Shown here: positions 1-8,205 of the stretch, one piece after another
Numbering within the stretch: the first letter of the stretch is position 1
Layout: every line of letters begins with the position of its first letter
Program-made: the position numbers and the translations under genes
Virus genome (UHGV): UHGV-0304874
Strand: one strand, 5' to 3'
Source: a virus
DNA length: 17,296 nucleotides
Notes under the pieces: generated by a model
Told to the model about the DNA's origin: nothing
What the model saw: the letters and a program-made list of their open reading frames with translations, nothing else
Database searches by the model: none

Positions 1-1141
1 TATTTCTAATGAGGTTGTCAATGTATAACAAATTCTTAAAATCTTCTTCGGGAATTTTTTGTTCGTCTAAATCACTTTGGGATAGCTCGTTTATTAATGA
101 TGATATGTCATGTGTTAGAGTGTGTTTTTTTAATTTTGAGAGGTCAGATTTGATAATGTTATTTTTAGATAGGCTGTACTCATCTGTTATAAAGTTTTGA
201 ATCATCATCTCTCTTTTTGTGGATTTTTGATTCCCTCCAAAAGAGAGTGTGCAGCCTAATTCAAGGGCTAGTTCTGCCATTAATTCATCAAAGCCTTCTA
301 TTTCTACCCAATAAACTTTCTCTTGACCTAGAAGCCTAATTAGTTCTGGTGGGATGGCGTCATTTTGTCTTACGCACCAATATACCCCATTCCGTAGGTA
401 ATCGTCCTGTTTTAATAAATGTTTTAAAACATCCATGATAGAGCTGTCATTGCCAGCATAACCAACAAAAATAATCCCGTATTCTTTAGTGAATTCAGTT
501 AGTTTTTCACGAGTGTTACCTTCTAATGACTCGGTTTCTTTTAAAGAGCTTTTTATGCTATCAAATAGATAATCACCATGTAATTTTATTATTTTTGGTC
601 TTGAAGAAGTAATTGAGACGCCTTTAATTGATGAGTCATGTGCGCATAATAATGGTCTGTCAGAAGAAAATTGATAAAATGCTTCATTTATTAAATCGTC
701 AAAATTTGTTGTGAAGACAGTATCAAAAAACTTTGATTCAAATAGTTCAACGAGATAAGCATATCCAATTGAAGGTAATTTTTTGTCTACTTGAAGCTCA
801 ACAAATCTTCTGCGTTGAGATGGGAGATCAAATTTCTTTTCAAAAAGAGAGGAGTATTCATTGTTTGGGTCGTACCAGACTGGATGGTTTTTGGATAGCC
901 ATTTTTTAGCTTCTTCGGCATTGATATATTCTTCATTGGATAGTCTTGTGTATATCTCTTCTCTCCATTTTGCAACTAACTCTTGACCAGTTTTTATTCC
1001 TGATGTAACGGATGCACCAGCACCAAGAAAGAGTGAATAGTTAGGTGATGTACCTGATTTGATTTTTATATAATCAGCTAAATCTTTAACTGTTCTTTTT
1101 TTGGCAACCAGTTGTTCCTTGGTAGTATCACGATCAGACAT
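1..1141 (-). CDS. SIR2-like (sirtuin-fold, predicted NAD+-hydrolysing) domain protein, N-terminal ~380 aa; 3' end lies beyond the window start
   Basis: Manual minus-strand translation from ATG (rc of 1139-1141), preceded by GGAGGG, is open to position 2 with no TTA/CTA/TCA triplets in frame. Protein begins MSDRDTTKEQLVAKKRTVKDLADYIKIKSGTSPNYSLFLGAGASVTSGIKTG. Motifs: LFLGAGAS (Gly-rich loop), VFTTNFDDL (Asn), KIIKLHGDY (His), IIFVGYAGND. Not in the ORF track because it has no in-window stop. Confidence 0.6.
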   Translation of the reverse strand, partial: MSDRDTTKEQLVAKKRTVKDLADYIKIKSGTSPNYSLFLGAGASVTSGIKTGQELVAKWREEIYTRLSNEEYINAEEAKKWLSKNHPVWYDPNNEYSSLFEKKFDLPSQRRRFVELQVDKKLPSIGYAYLVELFESKFFDTVFTTNFDDLINEAFYQFSSDRPLLCAHDSSIKGVSITSSRPKIIKLHGDYLFDSIKSSLKETESLEGNTREKLTEFTKEYGIIFVGYAGNDSSIMDVLKHLLKQDDYLRNGVYWCVRQNDAIPPELIRLLGQEKVYWVEIEGFDELMAELALELGCTLSFGGNQKSTKREMMIQNFITDEYSLSKNNIIKSDLSKLKKHTLTHDISSLINELSQSDLDEQKIPEEDFKNLLYIDNLIRN

Positions 1142-1293
1142 TTTCCCTCCATAAATTATGCTGTGTGAAATAAGAATAATCCTAGGCATGGCTATTTTTA
1201 CATGAAATTCAATGGGTTTTCGTTTTTCTTATTTGCATTTTGTGACTGAGATCAAGCTATGAGGGAGAAATGCTTTTTTATTGTTCGCTAGAG

Positions 1294-1303
1294 GCTAATT
1301 AGC
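1294..1303. promoter_or_regulatory. Perfect 10-bp palindrome GCTAATTAGC upstream of the SIR2-like gene; possible operator
   Basis: Self-complementary 10-mer read directly from the sequence, in the AT-rich region between the SIR2-like gene start and cos. Confidence 0.2.
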
Positions 1304-1446
1304 TTGTACTAATAGTTTATGATGTACCATAGCGTTGAATGATTTTGCATGCATTTGTCAGATGCTTACTAATGTTGTTATGTCAGAGCTGGTGCGCTTT
1401 AGGTTATTTCATGCAACTGCATTAAAACCGACCCATGAAGTGGGCG

Positions 1447-1465
1447 GGCGAGGCGGGGAAAGCAC
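1447..1465 (+). other. cos: cos site: 19-nt cohesive-end sequence GGCGAGGCGGGGAAAGCAC, the P2/P4-type cos as recalled
   Basis: Exact 19-mer present as a GC-rich island in an AT-rich intergenic region, on the far side of Q from P as expected for the joined genome ends of a P2-type prophage. The identity with the P2/P4 cohesive end is from memory, not a database check. Confidence 0.55.
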
Positions 1466-1598
1466 TGCGCGCAATGATGTCAGTTTGAGGGCATCAGGCA
1501 TGGGGACACTACACAGTTTCATTTTTGTTATTAATTGTTTATCATATAAGTGTTTGTTTTTTGAACGGCATGTCGTGTGCTATATGGAGTGAATAGAA

Positions 1599-1868
1599 GT
1601 GACTAAATTTGACAAAAAAAAAGCAATTTCTATTTTAACAGAAAAAAAAGCCTTGCTCCCATGTCATCGGTGTGGAAATTCAAAGTTCATCATTTTGGAT
1701 GGCATATCATCACTTCCATTAATGGAAAATATGGAAATGATTGGTAGTATTGTTGTTGGCGGAATGAATGCTCCTGTATTACATGTGGCATGTGAGAATT
1801 GTGGTGCAGTTACTTCACATTTGCTTGGGGCACTTGGTTTAATGCCGGAGATTAAATCAAATGACTAA
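1599..1868 (+). CDS. Small four-cysteine (CxxC...CxxC, zinc-ribbon-like) protein, 89 aa, unknown function; first gene of a two-gene cargo operon
   Basis: ORF with GTG start 9 nt after GGAG (1586-1589). Two CxxC pairs (PCHRCG and ACENCG) about 43 residues apart. The last codons overlap the next gene start by 8 bp (ATGACTAA). AT-rich compared with the phage backbone. Confidence 0.5.
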   Translation: MTKFDKKKAISILTEKKALLPCHRCGNSKFIILDGISSLPLMENMEMIGSIVVGGMNAPVLHVACENCGAVTSHLLGALGLMPEIKSND

Positions 1869-2331
1869 GGATGTTTTTTTCTCTGATGAAGGTAGTGGTA
1901 AAAAAAGTGCTGTCTTGCATGGGGCGCAGGTTACAATAAACCCTGATTCGCAATTTACAAAAAAGATAATTAGGCAGACTGAGGTTGATGTTATTGTGAT
2001 AAGTGATGATAAACTTCATATAATTTTGACGAATTGCTTATCTAAAATTGCATCATTAAACCGCTGGTCAACACCTTTGGGTATTTTAATTACCTTGGCG
2101 GTAACTATGTTAACCACAAATTTTAAGAATTTTATTCTTCAGGATTCTGTGTGGGAGGCTGTTTTCTGGATGCTTATTTTTTTTAATATTATCTGGTTGG
2201 TGAAAAACATTCCATATAGACACTTATTTTTAACTGTTTGTCATTCTATAGGGGTTCGTAAAGATAAAAAAAGAATTAGTGATGTATACCACATTATAGA
2301 TATAATTAAACAAGGTGATACACGCTTTTGA
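1861..2331 (+). CDS. Predicted membrane protein, 156 aa, with a soluble N-terminal ~65 aa and two hydrophobic helices; second gene of the two-gene cargo operon
   Basis: ATG at 1861, 10 nt after GGAG (1847-1850), overlapping the upstream stop. Hydrophobic segments PLGILITLAVTMLTT and AVFWMLIFFNIIWLV. No motif I recognise. Confidence 0.5.
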   Translation: MTKDVFFSDEGSGKKSAVLHGAQVTINPDSQFTKKIIRQTEVDVIVISDDKLHIILTNCLSKIASLNRWSTPLGILITLAVTMLTTNFKNFILQDSVWEAVFWMLIFFNIIWLVKNIPYRHLFLTVCHSIGVRKDKKRISDVYHIIDIIKQGDTRF

Positions 2332-2364
2332 TTTAATATCAATATTTGATTGAGTATATAATAA

Positions 2365-2387
2365 AGCCGCCTGAGTTTATGGCGGCT
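2365..2387. terminator. Rho-independent terminator hairpin between the cargo operon and Q; most likely terminates the leftward P-Q transcript, possibly bidirectional
   Basis: Perfect 7-bp stem AGCCGCC / GGCGGCT with a 9-nt loop. On the minus strand it is followed by the U-rich run UUAUUAUAUA. It sits 21 bp past the Q stop codon. Confidence 0.6.
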
Positions 2388-2407
2388 AATATAGAGTGTG
2401 TGCTAAG

Positions 2408-3427
2408 TCATAATGTGTATTTGTTGAATCTAATTATTTCTTCGCCAACCCATTCATTAAGGGCAATAAAGCGAGATTGAATAGGAGTAAGCTCATTGCG
2501 GACAAAGACCTTTGCCACTTTCTCAATATCACCCAGCGACCCGACGTTCTCCGGCTTGCCGCCCATCAACTGAAAGGGGATGCGGTGCGCGTCCAGCAGG
2601 TCAGCGGCGCTGGCTTTTTTGATATTAAAAAAATCGTCCTTCGTTGCCACTTCACTGAGCGGGATAATTTTAATGCCGTCGGCTTTCCCCTGCGGGGCAT
2701 AGAGAAACAGATTTTTAAAGTTGTTGCGGCCTTTCGACTTGACCATGTTTTCGCGAAGCATTTCGATATCGTTGCGATCCTGCACGGCATCGGTGACGTA
2801 CATGATATATCCGGCATGCGCGCCGTTTTCGTAATACTTGCGGCGGAACAGCGTGGCCGACTCATTCAGCCAGGCAGAGTTAAGGGCGCTGAGATATTCC
2901 GGCAGGCCGTACAGCTCCTGATTAATATCCGGCTCCAGCAGATGAAACACGGAGCCGGGCGCGAAGGCTGTCGGCTCGTTGAAGGATGGCACCCACCAGT
3001 AAACATCCTCCTCCACGCCACGGCGGGTATATTTTGCCGGTGAGGTTTCCAGTCTGATGACCTTACCGGTGGTGCTGTAACGCTTTTCCAGAAACGCATT
3101 ACCGAACACCAGAAAATCCAGCACAAAGCGGCTGAAATCCTGCTGGGAAAGCCACGGATGCGGGATAAATGTCGAGGCCAGAATATTACGTTTGACGTAA
3201 ATCGGTGAGCTGTGATGCACGGCAGCACGCAGGCTTTTTGCCAGACCGGTAAAGCTGACCGGTGGCTCATACCATCTGCCGTTACTGATGCACTCGACGT
3301 AATCCAGAATGTCACGGCGGTCGAGTACCGGCACCGGCTCACCAAAGGTGAATGCCTCCATTTTCGGGGGGCTGGCGGTCATTGTTTTTGCCGCAGGTTG
3401 CGGTGTTTTCCCTTTTTTCTTGCTCAT
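2408..3427 (-). CDS. Q: Portal protein (P2 gpQ-like)
   Basis: 339-aa ORF starting MSKKKGKTPQPAAKT, recognised as P2 Q. Its ATG overlaps the P stop by 1 nt (TGATG). The last ~25 codons are noticeably AT-rich. Confidence 0.93.
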   Translation of the reverse strand: MSKKKGKTPQPAAKTMTASPPKMEAFTFGEPVPVLDRRDILDYVECISNGRWYEPPVSFTGLAKSLRAAVHHSSPIYVKRNILASTFIPHPWLSQQDFSRFVLDFLVFGNAFLEKRYSTTGKVIRLETSPAKYTRRGVEEDVYWWVPSFNEPTAFAPGSVFHLLEPDINQELYGLPEYLSALNSAWLNESATLFRRKYYENGAHAGYIMYVTDAVQDRNDIEMLRENMVKSKGRNNFKNLFLYAPQGKADGIKIIPLSEVATKDDFFNIKKASAADLLDAHRIPFQLMGGKPENVGSLGDIEKVAKVFVRNELTPIQSRFIALNEWVGEEIIRFNKYTL

Positions 3428-5199
3428 CAGTAAAACTCCAGAATGGTGGATGTCAGCGGGGTGCTGATACCGGCGGTGAGTGGCTCATTTAACAGGGCGT
3501 GCATGGTCGCCCAGGCGAGGTCGGCGTGGCTGGCTTCCTCGCTGCGGCTGGCCTCATAGGTGGCGCTGCGTCCGCTGCTGGTTATGGTCTTGCGGATAGC
3601 CATAAACGAGCTGGTGATGTCGGTGGCGCTGACGTCATATTCCAGACAGCCACGGCGGATAACGTCTTTTGCCTTGAGCACCATTGCGGTTTTCATTTCC
3701 GGTGTGTAGCGGATATCGCGCGCGGCGGGATAGAACGAGCGCACGAGCTGGAACACGCCGACACCGAGGCCGGTGGCATCAATACCGATGTATTCGACGT
3801 TATATTTTTCGGTGAGTTTTCGGATGGATTCAGCCTGGGTGGCAAAGTCCATGCCTTTCCACTGGTGACGCTCAAGTATTCTGAATTTGCCACCGGCCAC
3901 CACCGGCGGTGCCAGCACCACGCATCCGGCACTGTCGCCACGGTGTGACGGGTCGTAACCAATCCATACCGGGCGGGAGCCGAACGGATTGGCGGCAAAC
4001 GGCGCATAGTCTTCCCATTCTTCCAGCGTGTCGACCATGCAGCGTTGCAGCTCCTCGAACGGGAACACCGACGCCTTGTCGTCAACAAATTCACACATGA
4101 ACAGGTTTTTAAAATCGTCGGCGCTGTTTTCGCGTTTAAGCTGCTCAATGTCGAACAGCGTGCAGCCACCTTTCAGGGCATCCTCAATGGTGACAATCTG
4201 CCGCCACTGGCCGTCCGCACAGAGAAGCCCACCGGCAAGGGCGTTATGACTGACGTCGATTTCCACGCGTTCGGCGGCGCTGGCGCGTCCCCGGTTGAAC
4301 AGTTCACCCGACCAGAACGGGTAGGCGTCGTGCGCCAGCGTGGACGGGGTGGAGAAATAGGTCGAGCGCAGGTGACTCTGTGAGGCCATACCTGATGCCA
4401 CCTTACGCAGTACCTGAAAATTCGGGATCCAGAAAATCTCATCGACGTACAGGTCGCCGTTATGGCTCTGTGCGGTGTTGGAGTTGGTGCCGAGAAAAAT
4501 CAGTTTTGCACCGTTATTGCCCAGGACAATCGGGTCACCGGTCAGGTCAACGTCAACCAGCCGGGCAAAGGCAATGATGTATTCGCGGAACACATACGCC
4601 TGCGTTTTACTGGCCGACAGAAAAATCTGGTTATGGCCGGTTTTCAGGGCGCGCAGCAGCGCCTCGCGGGAAAAATAAAACGTCGCGCCAATCTGGCGGG
4701 ATTTCAGGATATCGCGGATGCGGTGCTCAAGTCCGGCGCGATACCAGTGCAACTGATATTCGAAAGACTGCTCAAAGAAAATCTGCTCCAGCTTTTCGAT
4801 GGCCTCGTCACTGAAAAAATTCTTTTTCGGTTTGCGACGCCCGCCTTTGTTGCGGTTAGCGACGTTCGGATTAAGGTCTGCCTCGTTGCCGGTCTGACTG
4901 TAGCGGTTGACCCGCGCCAGTCGTTCAATCTGGCGTCCCAGCAGGTCAATTTCCTTGAAATCACCGCCGGTTTTCTGCGGTTTGATGATGAGCTGGGTCA
5001 GCCGCGCTTCCAGACTCATTTCGACACGGCTGATGGGGGCAACGCTGTCCCAGCCGTCGCGCTGTTTCCAGCTCTGCACCGTCGGGCGTTTCATCTGCAA
5101 CATGGCGGCAATCTGCGGCACGGAAAAACCCTGCCAGTACAGCAGCGCCGCCTGACGACGCGGGTCGTGTAAAAGAGTGGTGTCTGTGGTGATGGCCAT
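3427..5199 (-). CDS. P: Terminase large (ATPase) subunit (P2 gpP-like)
   Basis: The track ORF 3427..5229 begins MPCIHHGEVFMAITTD. Starting at the internal Met (MAITTDTTLLHDPRRQAALLYWQGFSV) gives 590 aa, the P2 gpP length. Position and divergent orientation relative to O match P2. Confidence 0.93.
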   Translation of the reverse strand: MAITTDTTLLHDPRRQAALLYWQGFSVPQIAAMLQMKRPTVQSWKQRDGWDSVAPISRVEMSLEARLTQLIIKPQKTGGDFKEIDLLGRQIERLARVNRYSQTGNEADLNPNVANRNKGGRRKPKKNFFSDEAIEKLEQIFFEQSFEYQLHWYRAGLEHRIRDILKSRQIGATFYFSREALLRALKTGHNQIFLSASKTQAYVFREYIIAFARLVDVDLTGDPIVLGNNGAKLIFLGTNSNTAQSHNGDLYVDEIFWIPNFQVLRKVASGMASQSHLRSTYFSTPSTLAHDAYPFWSGELFNRGRASAAERVEIDVSHNALAGGLLCADGQWRQIVTIEDALKGGCTLFDIEQLKRENSADDFKNLFMCEFVDDKASVFPFEELQRCMVDTLEEWEDYAPFAANPFGSRPVWIGYDPSHRGDSAGCVVLAPPVVAGGKFRILERHQWKGMDFATQAESIRKLTEKYNVEYIGIDATGLGVGVFQLVRSFYPAARDIRYTPEMKTAMVLKAKDVIRRGCLEYDVSATDITSSFMAIRKTITSSGRSATYEASRSEEASHADLAWATMHALLNEPLTAGISTPLTSTILEFY

Positions 5200-5372
5200 G
5201 AATACCTCGCCGTGATGAATACACGGCAAGGCTACTGAGTCGCGCCCCGCGATTCGCTAAGGTGCTGTTGTGTCAGTGATAAACCATCCGGGACTGATGG
5301 CGGAGGATGCGCATCGTCGGGAAACTGATGCCGACATGTGACTCCTCTAATCACTATTCAGGACTCCTGACA
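5200..5372. promoter_or_regulatory. Divergent P / O intergenic region, expected to carry the Ogr-dependent late promoters for P-Q and O-N-M-L
   Basis: A 173-bp gap between divergently transcribed P and O, the same length as I recall for P2. I could not confidently pick out the promoter motifs by eye. Confidence 0.4.
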
Positions 5373-6227
5373 ATGGCAAAAAAAGTCTCAAAATTCTTTC
5401 GTATCGGCGTTGAGGGTGACACCTGTGACGGGCGTGTCATCAGTGCGCAGGATATTCAGGAAATGGCCGAAACCTTTGACCCGCGTGTCTATGGTTGCCG
5501 CATTAACCTGGAACATCTGCGCGGCATCCTGCCTGACGGTATTTTTAAACGTTATGGCGATGTGGCCGAACTGAAGGCCGAAAAGATTGACGATGATTCG
5601 GCGCTGAAAGGCAAATGGGCGCTGTTTGCGAAAATCACCCCGACCGATGACCTTATCGCGATGAACAAGGCCGCGCAGAAGGTCTATACCTCAATGGAAA
5701 TTCAGCCGAACTTTGCCAATACAGGCAAATGTTATCTGGTGGGTCTGGCCGTCACCGATGACCCGGCAAGCCTCGGCACGGAATACCTGGAATTCTGCCG
5801 CACGGCAAAACACAACCCTCTGAACCGCTTCAAATTAAGCCCTGAAAACCTGATTTCAGTGGCAACGCCTGTTGAGCTGGAATTTGAAGACCTGCCTGAA
5901 ACCGTGTTCACCGCCCTGACCGAAAAGGTGAAATCCATTTTTGGCCGCAAACAGGCCAGCGATGACGCCCGTCTGAATGACGTGCATGAAGCGGTGACCG
6001 CTGTTGCTGAACATGTGCAGGAAAAACTGAGCGCCACTGAGCAGCGCCTCGCTGAGGTGGAAACCGCCTTTTCCGCACTTAAGCAGGAGGTGACTGACAG
6101 GGCGGATGAAACCAGCCAGGCATTCACCCGCCTGAAAAACAGTCTCGACCACACCGAAAGTCTGACCCAGCAGCGCCGCAGCAAGGCCACCGGTGGTGGC
6201 GGTGACGCCCTGATGACGAACTGCTGA
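5373..6227 (+). CDS. O: Capsid scaffolding protein (P2 gpO-like)
   Basis: Track ORF 5307..6227; the P2-like N-terminus MAKKVSKFFRIGVEGDTCDGRVISAQDIQEMAETFDPRV starts at the ATG at 5373, giving 284 aa. Confidence 0.9.
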   Translation: MAKKVSKFFRIGVEGDTCDGRVISAQDIQEMAETFDPRVYGCRINLEHLRGILPDGIFKRYGDVAELKAEKIDDDSALKGKWALFAKITPTDDLIAMNKAAQKVYTSMEIQPNFANTGKCYLVGLAVTDDPASLGTEYLEFCRTAKHNPLNRFKLSPENLISVATPVELEFEDLPETVFTALTEKVKSIFGRKQASDDARLNDVHEAVTAVAEHVQEKLSATEQRLAEVETAFSALKQEVTDRADETSQAFTRLKNSLDHTESLTQQRRSKATGGGGDALMTNC

Positions 6228-6285
6228 CCGGCGTCAGTCAGTCCGGGAAAACCTTCACGATTAACCCTTAATTTCAGGAAAAACT

Positions 6286-7359
6286 ATGCGCCAGGAAACC
6301 CGCTTTAAATTTAATGCCTACCTGTCCCGTGTTGCCGAACTGAACGGCATCGACGCCGGTGATGTGTCGAAAAAGTTCACCGTTGAACCGTCGGTCACCC
6401 AGACCCTGATGAACACCATGCAGGAGTCCTCTGACTTTCTGACCCGCATCAACATTGTGCCGGTCAGCGAAATGAAAGGGGAAAAAATTGGTATCGGTGT
6501 CACCGGCTCCATTGCCAGCACCACCGACACCGCCGGTGGCACCGAGCGTCAGCCGAAGGACTTCTCGAAGCTGGCGTCCAACAAGTACGAATGCGACCAG
6601 ATTAACTTCGATTTTTATATCCGCTACAAAACGCTGGACCTGTGGGCGCGTTATCAGGATTTCCAGCTCCGTATCCGTAACGCCATTATTAAACGCCAGT
6701 CCCTTGATTTCATCATGGCCGGTTTTAACGGCGTGAAGCGTGCCGAAACCTCTGACCGCAGCAGCAATCCGATGTTGCAGGATGTGGCGGTCGGCTGGCT
6801 GCAGAAATACCGCAATGAAGCTCCGGCGCGCGTGATGAGCAAGGTCACTGACGAGGAAGGCCATACCACCTCTGAGGTTATCCGCGTGGGTAAGGGCGGT
6901 GATTATGTCAGCCTTGATGCACTGGTGATGGATGCGACCAATAACCTGATTGAACCGTGGTATCAGGAAGACCCTGACCTTGTGGTGATTGTGGGGCGTC
7001 AGCTACTGGCGGACAAGTATTTCCCCATCGTTAACAAGGAGCAGGACAACAGCGAAATGCTGGCCGCTGACGTCATCATCAGCCAGAAACGCATCGGTAA
7101 CCTGCCGGCGGTACGCGTCCCGTACTTCCCGGCGGATGCGATGCTCATCACAAAGCTGGAAAACCTGTCCATCTACTACATGGATGACAGCCATCGCCGC
7201 GTGATTGTGGAAAACCCGAAACTCGACCGCGTGGAGAACTACGAGTCAATGAACATTGATTACGTGGTGGAAGACTACGCCGCCGGTTGTCTGGTGGAAA
7301 AAATTAAGGTCGGTGATTTTTCCACACCGGCTAAGGCGACCGCAGAGCCGGGAGCGTAA
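6286..7359 (+). CDS. N: Major capsid protein (P2 gpN-like)
   Basis: 357 aa, MRQETRFKFNAYLSRVAELNGIDAGDVSKKF; length and position match P2 N. Confidence 0.95.
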   Translation: MRQETRFKFNAYLSRVAELNGIDAGDVSKKFTVEPSVTQTLMNTMQESSDFLTRINIVPVSEMKGEKIGIGVTGSIASTTDTAGGTERQPKDFSKLASNKYECDQINFDFYIRYKTLDLWARYQDFQLRIRNAIIKRQSLDFIMAGFNGVKRAETSDRSSNPMLQDVAVGWLQKYRNEAPARVMSKVTDEEGHTTSEVIRVGKGGDYVSLDALVMDATNNLIEPWYQEDPDLVVIVGRQLLADKYFPIVNKEQDNSEMLAADVIISQKRIGNLPAVRVPYFPADAMLITKLENLSIYYMDDSHRRVIVENPKLDRVENYESMNIDYVVEDYAAGCLVEKIKVGDFSTPAKATAEPGA

Positions 7360-7362
7360 CCG

Positions 7363-8106
7363 ATGACGAGTCCCGCACAGCGCCACATGATGCGGGTCTC
7401 GGCAGCGATGACCGCGCAGCGGGAAGCCGCCCCGCTGCGACATGCAACTGTCTATGAGCAGATGCTGGTTAAGCTCGCCGCAGACCAGCGCACACTGAAA
7501 GCAATTTATTCAAAAGAGCTGAAGGCCGCGAAAAAGCGCGAACTGCTGCCGTTCTGGTTGCCGTGGGTGAACGGCGTGCTGGAGCAGGGCAAAGGTGCAC
7601 AGGATGACATTCTGATGACAGTCATGCTGTGGCGTCTGGATACCGGCGATATTGCCGGTGCGCTGGAGATTGCCCGTTATGCCCTGAAGTACGGTCTGAC
7701 CATGCCGGGTAAACACCGCCGCACCCCGCCGTACATGTTCACCGAGGAAGTGGCGCTTGCGGCCATGCGCGCTCACGCTGCCGGTGAGTCTGTGGATCCC
7801 CGCCTGCTGATGGACACCCTCGAACTGACCGCCACGGCTGACATGCCTGATGAAGTGCGCGCAAAGCTGCACAAAATCACCGGTCTGTTTCTGCGTGACG
7901 CTGGTGATGCCGCCGGTGCGCTGGCTCACCTGCAACGTGCGACACAGCTCGACTGTCAGGCAGGCGTCAAAAAAGAGATTGAACGACTGGAGCGGGAGCT
8001 GAAACCGAAGCCGGAGCCGCAGCCCAAAGCGGCCTCCCGCGCCCCGCGTAAGACCCGGAGCGTGACACCGGCAAAACGTGGACGCCCGAAAAAGAAAGCC
8101 AGTTAA
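7363..8106 (+). CDS. M: Terminase small (endonuclease) subunit (P2 gpM-like)
   Basis: 247 aa, starts 4 nt after the N stop; basic Lys/Arg/Pro-rich C-terminal tail; position matches P2 M. Confidence 0.92.
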   Translation: MTSPAQRHMMRVSAAMTAQREAAPLRHATVYEQMLVKLAADQRTLKAIYSKELKAAKKRELLPFWLPWVNGVLEQGKGAQDDILMTVMLWRLDTGDIAGALEIARYALKYGLTMPGKHRRTPPYMFTEEVALAAMRAHAAGESVDPRLLMDTLELTATADMPDEVRAKLHKITGLFLRDAGDAAGALAHLQRATQLDCQAGVKKEIERLERELKPKPEPQPKAASRAPRKTRSVTPAKRGRPKKKAS

Positions 8107-8205
8107 CAACCGAATGCGCCCCGCGCCAGGGCGGCACGCCGGTCAGTGAGGGTGAATCACCTGACACTGCACCGGTGTCCACCGCCCGACTTTTCAGAGG
8201 TAGTC

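Noticed and set aside
9-975. Short track ORFs 9..200 (+) and 787..975 (-)
   Set aside because: Both lie inside the long minus-strand SIR2-like reading frame, in other frames or antisense; the real gene is absent from the track only because it has no stop within the window.
1187-1189. Upstream in-frame ATG that would add 16 residues to the SIR2-like protein
   Set aside because: No Shine-Dalgarno sequence precedes it, whereas the ATG at 1141 follows GGAGGG.
1335-1592. 85-aa plus-strand ORF spanning the cos site
   Set aside because: It runs straight through the GC-rich cohesive-end sequence, has no ribosome-binding site, and its amino-acid sequence is a composition artefact of the intergenic region.
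2477-5172. Long antisense ORFs inside Q and P (for example 2477..3043, 2866..3345, 4462..5172)
   Set aside because: They overlap well-supported phage genes on the opposite strand or in other frames; long spurious ORFs are expected in GC-rich coding sequence.
5200-5229. Longer start choices from the ORF track for P (5229), O (5307), L (8146) and X (8646)
   Set aside because: The internal ATGs give the canonical P2 protein lengths and N-termini and, where checked, sit behind better ribosome-binding sites.
5732-8109. Antisense and alternate-frame ORFs inside O, N and M (5732..6190, 6274..6864, 7510..8109)
   Set aside because: Same reasoning: they are embedded in recognised capsid and terminase genes and have no start-site support.
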